Source of the DNA: an uncultured Actinomycetes bacterium
GTDB taxonomy: Bacteria > Actinomycetota > Actinomycetes > S36-B12
DNA length: 64,000 bases
NCBI GenBank assembly: GCA_963755335.1
Contig: CAVWJW010000004.1
Coordinates: 396,473-460,472, forward strand
Reading direction: 5' to 3'
The notes under the pieces are model-generated. The model was not told the DNA's origin, made no database searches, and worked only from the letters and a program-made list of their open reading frames with translations. Made by a program: the position numbers and the translations under genes. Below, piece after piece: positions 55,463 through 64,000 of the stretch; within the stretch, counting starts at the first letter, position 1, and the number at the start of each line of letters is the position of its first letter.

Positions 55463-55933
55463 GTGGATGTCAGTGGGTCGAGGCATCCTGAACAGGTGAA
55501 CATCGAACGAACCGACACCGTGACCTGGGTGCAGGCCGCCCTGGACAGCATTACCCCTGGGCAGTTCCTGCTGCTGGAGTATGTGACGGGCGATGACCTG
55601 CCCGTGGAGCCGTGCGCCCAGGCCGCCTTGGACCCGGAGGGCTGGTGCTGCGAGGTGGTGTCCGCTCGGTACTTGCCTGGGCAGCGGTGGCCGATCGACG
55701 ATGCCGCCCTCGCGCAGCGCGGCTGGCGAGCTCCCGATGCCGGAACCAACAACTGGTGGCAGACCCAGGTGCCGCTGGACGCCGCCGCGCAGCTGCTCGT
55801 GGACGCACTGTGGTTCGGCCGTTGCCTTACCGATCCGGACCGTTACGCCATCCGCGTCGGAAGCTTCCCCTGCGCTCGGCGAGCTGGCGAGCACGTGCCG
55901 GATCAGACGGGCCTCTTGATCACCGCTTCATAG
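55463..55933 (+). CDS. hypothetical protein, TY-Chap/YbjN-like chaperone domain (start uncertain)
   Basis: FLLLE..., AQA....G...EVVS..YLP, L...GW..P....NWW. Confidence 0.5.
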   Translation: MDVSGSRHPEQVNIERTDTVTWVQAALDSITPGQFLLLEYVTGDDLPVEPCAQAALDPEGWCCEVVSARYLPGQRWPIDDAALAQRGWRAPDAGTNNWWQTQVPLDAAAQLLVDALWFGRCLTDPDRYAIRVGSFPCARRAGEHVPDQTGLLITAS

Positions 55934-56492
55934 CCCGAACGCCGCTACGGTCGGGCCTTGTGGCGGCTGTGCTGTCAGCCTCGATCGCCTTGGTGGGCCT
56001 GTCGGCGTGCAGCGGTTCACCTTCCTCCCAGACGCCAAGCATCGTCGGCAGCGCCCACGTCGGCGCTGCCCGGAGGGACCACGGCACCGGCTGAACCGGC
56101 CCGAATCATCTCCCCTTCCGCGTTTAGCCCTCCGACACGACGGAGGAGGACCGGCATAGTCAGTTCCTCGGCTGCAGCAGGTGTGAATCCCAGCGACACG
56201 AGTGCACCGGTTTCCCCTGGCAGGAGTTGGGGCTGTTGCCTTGACCCGTCTCGAAGGCCGCGCTGGTTTCCCGGGACTTCGGTCGCATCTCGCTTGCGGC
56301 CTTCGCCCGGCGCCCGGCGGTGTCGGGCTCGTGCGACCGTGACTTTGCCGCGGCTCTAGCGCGACCACTTGACCGGGCGAAGCCGTGTCGGATCCTTGGT
56401 GTGCGGCGTGTAGCTCACGCTCTCTCCAAACGTTCACCTAACCAACGGCACGTGGCAATGTCCGGCGCGCGGTGTCAGGCTGAACTTTCGTC

Positions 56493-56888
56493 GTGAGAGG
56501 GGCGTCAGTGACGTTGTCTTGTTCGGTGGCCACGTGCCGCCTTCCCCTGTTCAACGCGCTGTTCTGCGAGGCGCATGCGCAAAGGCAAAGAGCATTCGGT
56601 GTCGCCTTGATGACGCCTCTGCGCGCGCACCACGATCAAGGCTGCGTCATTAACGGATGCCGGCGTCGTGCTCGACGCGGACTGTGCGTTGAGCATCGAA
56701 GGCTGCTCAGCGCGGGGGATCACACGATCCTGGCGGCCCTTGTGGTGGCGTGCCTCGGCAGCGCGTCTGGGCACCGCTGCGGCTGCGGCCAGATCGCATC
56801 GGTATGGGCATGGGACGGGACCGGCCGCAAGGAGGACGTCCACCGGTGGGGTGCAGTCTGCTCCAAGTGCGCGAGATTCGGGCGCTGA
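56493..56888 (+). CDS. Cys/His-rich putative Zn-finger protein
   Basis: CSVATC...FCEAH, CVINGC...LCVEH, CGCG, CSKC. Confidence 0.4.
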   Translation: MRGASVTLSCSVATCRLPLFNALFCEAHAQRQRAFGVALMTPLRAHHDQGCVINGCRRRARRGLCVEHRRLLSAGDHTILAALVVACLGSASGHRCGCGQIASVWAWDGTGRKEDVHRWGAVCSKCARFGR

Positions 56889-57147
56889 CCAAGCGATCGT
56901 CTGTTGGTAACACTGACGAGTCATTCGTCGTGACGAGTGGACGTCCGATCGCCGGCGACCTGGTCGTCCCGTGGGTCGCCCGCGCGAGACTCAGTGGCCG
57001 GGGGCAGCGAGTGCACTTTCGCCAGAAGCTCCGTGGCGCGGCTTCAGAGGGTTCACCGCAAGCGCCTCGGACAGCGGGCATCCTCACTAGTTCCGCTGAA
57101 CAATGCCGGTTGGGCGGTGACGGGGTCAAGGCCTGGAGGTGGGCGTC

Positions 57148-57693
57148 GTGCGGGTGCTGGTCGTCGTGGAGAGCATGTTCGGCAACACCTACCGTGTCGG
57201 CGCGTCGGTCGTCGAAGGCCTGCGTGACGTCCACCCTTCGGTGACCGCCTACGTTGTCCGCGTCAACGACGTCCTGGCCGCCGATGTCGCCGACGCCGAC
57301 CTGCTGGTCGTCGGAGCGCCGACGCATTGGCGCGGCATACCCTCTCAGCGGACGCAGCACGAGTACCTCAGCGAGGCCGGCTTGGCGGCAGGCGTGACCC
57401 GAATTGGGACACCGATCGACCCCTCAGCCGCCCCGACGCGGATGCGTGACTGGCTGGGGACCCTTCCCCCGGTGGAGGCCGACCGCGCCGCGGCGTTCGA
57501 CACCCGCCTGGCGCGGCCGTTCGCGGGCGGCGCGGCGCCTCGGCTGGCGGGTCGGCTCGCCCGTCTGGGCTACACCCTGACCGGGGAGCCCACTGGATTC
57601 TTCGTGATCGGGATGGAAGGACCGCTGCGTCCAGGTGAACTGGATCGAGCGCAGGACTGGGGCTATGAACTGCTCTCGCCCCTGCTCGCCTGA
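57148..57693 (+). CDS. flavodoxin family protein
   Basis: ESMFGNT, DLLVVGAPTH, AAAFDTR, GPL..GELDRA..WG. Confidence 0.88.
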   Translation: MRVLVVVESMFGNTYRVGASVVEGLRDVHPSVTAYVVRVNDVLAADVADADLLVVGAPTHWRGIPSQRTQHEYLSEAGLAAGVTRIGTPIDPSAAPTRMRDWLGTLPPVEADRAAAFDTRLARPFAGGAAPRLAGRLARLGYTLTGEPTGFFVIGMEGPLRPGELDRAQDWGYELLSPLLA

Positions 57694-58022
57694 CCGCGCC
57701 CGCTCGAGTCCTCCTTCGACCCAAAAGGCGTCCCCTCGGCGCATCCCAAAATCGAGGTGAATGTCCAGACGCGATGTCGACCCTTCATGGAGCCGGGCCA
57801 ATAGAGATCGTGTAGATCGACCGTGCTGGAGTGTTACCGACGCACGGGTTCTCGGATTCGGTGCGTGGAGTATGTGTGGGTCTCAATCAGGAGCCCGATG
57901 TCAGGGCTTCGCGCACCGCGAAGGAACTCCCGGTGAGCGGCGGGGAGGTGACACTTCGCATGTGATCCTGTGCGTCCCCGTCAGGCAGGTCGACGACTTC
58001 TTGAGCGGCGGTCGTCCTCGGT

Positions 58023-58616
58023 TCAGTCGTGTGCGGCTGCCGCGCTGAAGAAGAAGTCGAGCATGTCTCGCAGTGGCGCCGGGTCGCGTGATAACCGGCT
58101 GCGCAGTGCCGCGCCTTCCCAGCAGTCGACGAGGCGCCGAGCGAGGGCTTGGGGGTCGGTGCCGTCGGGCAGCTGTCCGTCGGCAACCGCGTCGGTCAAC
58201 GCCTCGGCGAGCCGTCGGCCGATGAGGGTGAAGCACTCGTCGATCCGTTCGGCGAACAAGGGGTTGACGCCGGAGAGTTCCTGTCCGAGGCCGCCGATAA
58301 GGCAGCCCAGGTAGCCTTCGTGTGCGTAACCGTCGATGACCAGGGTGAAGAAGCCACGCACGCGATCGACTGGGCCGCGGCTCGTGTCTGCGAGGCTGGC
58401 ATCGAGCGCAGCATGAACTCCCGTCATGTACGAGTCGAGGACCTGAAGCGCGAAGTCTTCCTTGTCTCGGAAGTGATGGTAGAACGAGCCTTTCGGCGCC
58501 TTCGCGGCATCTAGGACGGCTTGAACTCCGACACCGTGGTAGCCCCGCTCCAGGAAGAGGAGCAGCCCGGCATCGATCAGTCGTTGCCGCGTTGCCGGCC
58601 CAGGGTCCTTATCCAC
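58023..58616 (-). CDS. TetR family regulator, NemR-like
   Basis: PKGSFYHHF..KEDF, GCLIG.LGQEL, WEGA.LR. Confidence 0.9.
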   Translation of the reverse strand: MDKDPGPATRQRLIDAGLLLFLERGYHGVGVQAVLDAAKAPKGSFYHHFRDKEDFALQVLDSYMTGVHAALDASLADTSRGPVDRVRGFFTLVIDGYAHEGYLGCLIGGLGQELSGVNPLFAERIDECFTLIGRRLAEALTDAVADGQLPDGTDPQALARRLVDCWEGAALRSRLSRDPAPLRDMLDFFFSAAAAHD

Positions 58617-58995
58617 TCACCTTGTTTAGCATGTGCGCGATCACGGCACTGTGCTCCTCCTGCGGGGAGAACATCACGATCTCGGCGTTCTCGACGACTC
58701 GCACATTGTGACCGGCTGGCCAGTAGAACAAGTCGCCCTCGCGAACCGTCTCCTCAACGCCCGCGGTGTTCGTGGTGGTCAGGGCACCTGCGAGCACGTA
58801 GCCCCAGTGGGGGCACTGGCAGGAATCTCCATCCAGTCCGGCGAACAGCGGCGTGGTGTCGACACCTGCGTCCAGGCTGAAGTACTCGCAGCTGATGCCG
58901 CCCAGGTCCCCCGCGGTTCCAAAGTCCTTGTGCTGGCGCACAGTCGCGCCCGGGATCGCCATCTGCACCTCGACATCCGTCTTGCTGATCCGCAT
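58609..58995 (-). CDS. cupin domain protein
   Basis: CQCPHWGYVL.G, GDLFYWP.GH. Confidence 0.85.
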   Translation of the reverse strand: MRISKTDVEVQMAIPGATVRQHKDFGTAGDLGGISCEYFSLDAGVDTTPLFAGLDGDSCQCPHWGYVLAGALTTTNTAGVEETVREGDLFYWPAGHNVRVVENAEIVMFSPQEEHSAVIAHMLNKVSG

Positions 58996-59013
58996 CGCAT
59001 CTCCCCACGCCAG

Positions 59014-59048
59014 GGTCTAGACCATATGGTCTAGACCGAAAGGTCTAG
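59014..59048. promoter_or_regulatory. two adjacent NemR-type operator boxes
   Basis: TAGACC-atat-GGTCTA and TAGACC-gaaa-GGTCTA; the 24-bp stretch 59014-59037 is a perfect palindrome. Confidence 0.85.
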
Positions 59049-59545
59049 TGAAACGTTGCCAGAGAGTGTTGTCAAGACATGCCTGCCTTCCGGCCTCGGC
59101 GACGGGCAGCGCCGACCGCGTGATCCGCGCGCGCCACATCGAAGGCGGCGCGCGCTATCCAGCAGCCCAGCTGTTCGGCATCATGTATCGGTGCCAACCG
59201 ATGTGGAGGTGACCGAATGGCGATCGTCGTCGGTGGATTCAGGAGAGCCCACGGAGCCGTCAACTTCGTCGACATCGTGACGCCCACGCAGATCACCGCG
59301 GACTACTTCGGGGAGATCGAGCTGGCTTCCCGGTAGGTAGTTCCTGCGCGGAGCGTACGACCACCGCACGTGGCGATCCGTCATGCCCGCTTCGCCTTCA
59401 CCGTGCCGAGAAGTCGTTGCAATCGAACAGGTTTCGGGCCTATCGGCCTATTGACAAAGGGGTCTAACTTCGGACCATTGACGGAGGCGCCGACTTGATT
59501 GGGCCCGTCGAGCGGCGTCGCCACTCCTCCTTGAATGGAGTCGAC

Positions 59546-60556
59546 ATGCGTCGAACACGAAGAATCGTGTTGGTGGCCGGGCTGTTCGCGATGACCACAC
59601 CGGCGGTTGCGAACGCGACACCGGACACGAGCCCGACGCCGGTCCTCCTCGCCTCGGGACTGACCGGGGCGACGGGAAGCACCATCGGGCCGGACGAGGC
59701 CCTGTACGTGCCGGCCGGCCGGCTCGGCACCATCACCCGCGTCGACCCCGAGACCGGCGCGACGTCGACGTACCTGAGCGGGCTCCCCATCCCGAATCCG
59801 GCGGCCCCGACCGGCGGTGCAATGGACGTGGCGTTCATCGGCAACACCGCCTACGTGCTGGTGACGCTGATCGGCGCCGACACCGCGAGCCCGTCACCGG
59901 TGGGCCTGTACCGACGTGACAGCGCCACGACGTTCACCGAGATCGCCGACATCGGGACGTACTCGCGGACCCATCCCCCCACCGGCCAGCCTCCCTTCGC
60001 CTATGGACGGCTGACAGGAGTGCAGTTCGCGCTGCAGCCCGTGGCCGGGGGATTCCTGGTCACCGACGGGCACCTCAACCGGGTCCTGCGAGTGGGCCTG
60101 GACGGCACCATCGGCGACGTCATCAGTTTCGGGAACATCGTCCCCACCGGCCTTGCCATGTCCCGCAACACCGTCTACATGGCACAAGCAGGACCCGTCC
60201 CGCACGACCCATCCACGGGCAAGGTGGTCTCGTTCAACGTGAACGGTGGCCCCGCGAAGGACGTGGCGTCGGGGTTCAGCCTCATCGTCGACGTGGAAGT
60301 AGGCCCCGAGGGCCAGCTGTTCGCACTGTCCCAAGGGGACTCCCCGGGCAACGTCCCGGCAGCCTCCCCCGCCCTGCCCGACAGCGGGGAACTGCTGCGG
60401 GTCAACAAGGACGGCACCTTCACGACCGTCGTCGGAACGCTCGACCTGCCGACGTCGCTGGAGTTCATCGGCGAGACCGCGTTCGTGACCACCCTCAACG
60501 GCGACGTCCTGAGGATCGAACACGTACGGGGCGGGCAGCAAGGCCACGACCACTGA
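59546..60556 (+). CDS. ScyD/ScyE-like secreted beta-propeller protein
   Basis: Signal peptide; GSTIGPD.ALYV, VTDGH.NRVLRV, VPTGLA, LD.PTSLEF. Confidence 0.75.
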   Translation: MRRTRRIVLVAGLFAMTTPAVANATPDTSPTPVLLASGLTGATGSTIGPDEALYVPAGRLGTITRVDPETGATSTYLSGLPIPNPAAPTGGAMDVAFIGNTAYVLVTLIGADTASPSPVGLYRRDSATTFTEIADIGTYSRTHPPTGQPPFAYGRLTGVQFALQPVAGGFLVTDGHLNRVLRVGLDGTIGDVISFGNIVPTGLAMSRNTVYMAQAGPVPHDPSTGKVVSFNVNGGPAKDVASGFSLIVDVEVGPEGQLFALSQGDSPGNVPAASPALPDSGELLRVNKDGTFTTVVGTLDLPTSLEFIGETAFVTTLNGDVLRIEHVRGGQQGHDH

Positions 60557-60610
60557 CCCCCCCGGGCGGCGCAGACTGCCGTGCCCGAGATGGGAACCCC
60601 TAGTTGGGCT

Positions 60611-60675
60611 GGTCGAGTCACCGGGCGGCAAGGAACGGGATTCAGCCCGTCCTTGCCCGCTCGGTGACTCGGACC
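60611..60675. terminator. long hairpin between convergent genes
   Basis: gagtcaccgggcggcaaggaacggg-attcag-cccgtccttgcccgctcggtgactc; ~28-bp imperfect stem. Confidence 0.55.
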
Positions 60676-60883
60676 GACAGAGACCGGATCAGTTGGTTGT
60701 GCAGGCGCCAAGGACGTCAGTCACGGGACGTCCTGGGGTTAATGACTAAGAGAGGACACCTGATGGCAACTTGACGAAAGCCAACATGGCGGCGCCCCAC
60801 GAGACGCGATACCCCGAGCACACACTTACGCGAGGATGGTTGCCGCCGCTTGCCGCAACCTATGAGGCGCGGCCAGCCCATGT

Positions 60884-61381
60884 CTATCGTGGACGTGGTC
60901 GCTTGGGGATCCATCGCGGGACCTCAGCCGCGTACCGCTCATAGGCGGAGCCGTATCGGGACCGAAGGGTTGGCTCCTCATACCTTCTGACAAACGCAGC
61001 CGTGATCGCGGCGACGACCACCGCATATAGAAGAAGCCACAGGCTTGCGAACAGAAGCGACTGGCCAATGATGATCGCGACGACCGCGACGTACATGGGA
61101 TTGCGCACCCACCGATACGACCCCGTGCAGACAAGGGTGTCCGTAGGGGCGACAGGAGCCGGCGTGCCCTGCCCTTGTTCCGCGAATCGGGCGAACTCGA
61201 CGATCAGTAGCCCGACGCCGCCGGCGACCACCATCATCCCCAGGGCGGTGAGGACTGCCCCGGGGATGGCCGTAGGCGTCCGGTGCCATCCGGTGATGAG
61301 CCACGGCCCGATCCCGGCCACGGTTCCGGGGGCGAGCACGAGAAAGGTGGCAGAGCCAAGGGCCGCACTTGTTCGGCGCAT
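60884..61381 (-). CDS. isoprenylcysteine carboxyl methyltransferase family protein
   Basis: GTPAP..P...LV.TG.YR.VRNPMY, YEEP.L, VPRW.P. Confidence 0.9.
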   Translation of the reverse strand: MRRTSAALGSATFLVLAPGTVAGIGPWLITGWHRTPTAIPGAVLTALGMMVVAGGVGLLIVEFARFAEQGQGTPAPVAPTDTLVCTGSYRWVRNPMYVAVVAIIIGQSLLFASLWLLLYAVVVAAITAAFVRRYEEPTLRSRYGSAYERYAAEVPRWIPKRPRPR

Positions 61382-61398
61382 CGGACCTCCACCTCCGA

Positions 61399-61435
61399 CG
61401 TACGCTACCGTATGTTATCCATACGGTAGCGTACG
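61399..61435. promoter_or_regulatory. probable TetR operator
   Basis: Perfect 16-bp inverted repeat CGTACGCTACCGTATG-ttatc-CATACGGTAGCGTACG between divergent genes. Confidence 0.75.
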
Positions 61436-61438
61436 GTC

Positions 61439-62074
61439 GTGGTGTCGACAAGGGGTTCTCAGCCGGTGCGGCTCGATCGCGCGGCCTGGACGGAAGCGGC
61501 CCTGGAAGCTCTCTCGCGGGGCGGAGTTCCGGACGTGGCGGTGGAGCCGATCGCCGCACGCCTAGGCGCCACGAAAGGGAGCTTTTACCACCACTTCCGC
61601 AACCGTCGCGAGCTGCTCCAGGCGGCGCTGGAACTCTGGGAGAGCCGCCACACCCTTCAGGTGAACGCGATGGTCGGGCAGGTAGCGGACACCCCACGGG
61701 CACAACTGGCCGTCCTGGCCAGGACAGCGGTGCGCATGGCGGAGGACGACCCGATCGGCTTCCGACTGCTCCCCAGCGCTGCCGATCCACTCGTCGCGCC
61801 CGTGGTGACTCGGGTCACCGGTCAGCGCCTTGACTTCCTCACGGAGTTGTACCGGCGTAGCGGGCACGGCGCGCACCGGGCTCGCCAACTGGCGCAGCTC
61901 ACGTACAGCCTCTACCTGGGACACATGCAAATGATCTACACGACGCCGGATGTCCTTCCGCAATCGTCCGTCGCTCGGCGTGAATACCTTGAACTAGTCC
62001 TCGACACCCTGGCCAACGCAGCGCCCGCCCGGGCAGCTGATTCAAAGAGGCCTGCCCGGCGGAAGACCCGTTGA
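61439..62074 (+). CDS. TetR family regulator
   Basis: W..AAL..L..GG...VAVEPIA..LGATKGSFYHHF. Confidence 0.9.
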   Translation: MVSTRGSQPVRLDRAAWTEAALEALSRGGVPDVAVEPIAARLGATKGSFYHHFRNRRELLQAALELWESRHTLQVNAMVGQVADTPRAQLAVLARTAVRMAEDDPIGFRLLPSAADPLVAPVVTRVTGQRLDFLTELYRRSGHGAHRARQLAQLTYSLYLGHMQMIYTTPDVLPQSSVARREYLELVLDTLANAAPARAADSKRPARRKTR

Positions 62075-62605
62075 GCTTTCGAATGGGACTAGCGCAGGAG
62101 TTTGCGCCGAAGCGACGACCTGCGGATCGCCGGACCTACCCAGTCGGGTCAAGGTCGGCTGGAAATGCGGTCATCTGAGGCCGCTCAGAAGACGGCGTTG
62201 GAAGTGCGCTCATGCGGTCATCGCTTCAGCGCCCCGAGGATGACCCAAGCGGGCCGGAGCCTTTGGTGTCTATCTGGCCAACAAAGACGACCCGACCAAC
62301 GGTTCACGCCGAAGCCTTCCAGGATGCCAAAGGCCGTCACTGAGTCGGTGGGTTCGACGATCTGTAATGCGGAGCACCGTTGCCTCGCGTCACGTCGTAC
62401 CAGTCGTGCACGCCGATACGACAACGAATGGACTTGCGCGCCGGGAACGGGTCAGCCACGTCGCATCCTCGTACTTGCATTTGAACTCGACCGGTGGTCC
62501 CTGAAGGCCGTTGACGACGAAACTCCGGCTCTTCTGGACTCCCCTCGCGGACGCCGCAGTCGAGAATGCCACGGCTCCCAGGGACGTCGGGTGAATGGGG
62601 CGCCG

Positions 62606-62989
62606 TCATGTGAGGGCTGCGGCCATTCCCGCCTGATCGGCATGGATAGACCAGCACTCGACGGCCCGACCGTCACGGAAGTGAAACACCAGGACCTCGC
62701 CACTGGCGAAAGGCGTGGGCTTGTCCCAGCGATCGGTGAGCAGAACGACGACGTGATCGTCGTCGGCGAGGATGGCATGGACGTCCTGCTGGAAGGTGCC
62801 CTCGGTCACCTCAGCCACCTTGCCGAAGAAGCCGTAAACGGCCTCCCGGCCGCGGTATTCACCCGACAGGGCGCTTGTGCCGGCTACCCGCCAGACGATG
62901 TCCTCGCCCAGGATCCCACCCACGGTCTCCAGGTCGCCGGCGGCGAATGCCTGGAAGGCGGTCACAATCAGTTCAGCATCACGGTGCAT
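62606..62989 (-). CDS. SnoaL-like / NTF2 family protein
   Basis: AF..GDL, WRVAG...LSG.Y.GRE, DDDHVV, FHFRDGR. Confidence 0.85.
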   Translation of the reverse strand: MHRDAELIVTAFQAFAAGDLETVGGILGEDIVWRVAGTSALSGEYRGREAVYGFFGKVAEVTEGTFQQDVHAILADDDHVVVLLTDRWDKPTPFASGEVLVFHFRDGRAVECWSIHADQAGMAAALT

Positions 62990-63366
62990 GGCGGTCTCCT
63001 CGAGTGATCGATGCGAGCGGCAGTGAGGTCTTAGTCCTCGTCGCCCGGTGGTGAAGGGCGCGGCTGGGGGCCGCAGCCGCGGCGAACACGGCATCGGCAA
63101 CCAATACCCGGGCTTGGGCAATTAAGTCATGCCTTCGTCAAAGGTTCCCGAAGAATCCTGGGTGTGGCCGGTGGATCACTCATCGCGATACCGATTCACG
63201 GATCGATCGCACCGGCGCGTGCCGCGGAAACGCCGGGCCGACAAGTTGAGGACAAGCCATGTCGTCCCCCTCTCAATTGGGACAAAAGGTACGCTTCTGA
63301 TGCAGAGATTTCTAGGCGCCAGGCTGCCTGGATTCGGCCACACGCACCCGCTGAGAACGCTGGCCC

Positions 63367-63696
63367 TTGACCTTCCGATCTTTGCCGCCAAAGCACGATT
63401 GTTCGTGCCGACTGTGATGCCAGTACACGATCCCGGAATTCGACCTCAAACACGAAAGGGCAGCGCTCCTTTCCGAGTATATGAGTCTGGATTGGGAACG
63501 CGCGAAAGTGATTGCGCTGCAACAACTTTCGAACGTCGGCGTATGTGAGCAGAGTGCCGTTGACCTGCCGATCTTCAGCCGACCCCGATCGATTCTCGGC
63601 CCTCACAAAGTCATTGGTAATCAACAACTATTGGCGTGCCGGCGACTCACAGGAGCCAGCGAGAGCCAGCAAGTCAGGGCAGACATCAGGGCAGAT
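63367..63696 (+). repeat. double att-like repeat
   Basis: Cores at 63367 and 63560; gaaagtgattgcgctgcaacaactttc palindrome; right arm identical to 42222-42350. Confidence 0.85.
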
Positions 63697-63799
63697 ATGT
63701 TGCACCGTCGCTCTCACGGCGTCCCGCATCCGGAGCAGGTTGAACTCCATCCGTACGTACGGGGTGCGCCGCGACGGCGAGAGATCGACAATCGACGCC

Positions 63800-64000
63800 T
63801 CATACGGACCCGCGACGGCGCTTGCCGGACTTGCCGGCGACGAGGCGGGCGTTGACCGCGCTTCGGACGATATCGATGATCTGGGGGTCATCGTGAAGGA
63901 GATACGCGATGTCAGCTCCCGTCAGCATCGTGCCCAGCTCGACGGCGAGGCGGACCGGATCAGACCCGGCGGGCAGTTCAGCACCGTCCGCGGCCCTGCG
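63800..64000 (-). CDS. 3' end of duplicate copy of the TetR gene at 42454-43095 (truncated by window)
   Basis: 63568-64000 matches 42222-42654 apart from one substitution seen. Confidence 0.85.
   Translation of the reverse strand, partial: RRAADGAELPAGSDPVRLAVELGTMLTGADIAYLLHDDPQIIDIVRSAVNARLVAGKSGKRRRGSV

Noticed and set aside
23280-63696. CRISPR array or classical attC integron
   Set aside because: Repeats are up to several hundred bp long, kilobases apart and tRNA-derived. No cas or intI genes and no evident RYYYAAC/GTTRRRY attC ends.
63196-63855. ORFs starting MLITNDF.. repeated at several loci
   Set aside because: Translations of the non-coding repeat; lengths and frames are not conserved between copies.

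Overview
High-GC, actinobacterial-looking accessory region (SigK/RskA pair, actinobacterial tRNA-Phe sequence) with no housekeeping genes and many frameshifts, which could be long-read errors or decay. The left part holds a remnant contractile-tail gene set (baseplate fragment, tandem tail-tube protein), a diguanylate cyclase, an S8 protease/alpha-beta hydrolase pair and a split Tc-toxin A-component operon with no B/C genes in view. The rest is a mosaic of unrelated 2-10 kb modules: HD-GYP, SigK regulon, TetR units, hexuronate catabolism and others. These modules are punctuated by about 10 same-orientation non-coding repeats built around a decayed tRNA-Phe 3' half, with a core at the anticodon loop, flanking palindromes and GGGCAGA direct repeats. 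One module is duplicated with the breakpoint at this core, and several small genes recur as decayed paralogues. The main hypothesis is a tRNA-Phe att-site-delimited, integron-like cassette array; no integrase is present in the window. All alignments were made by eye.
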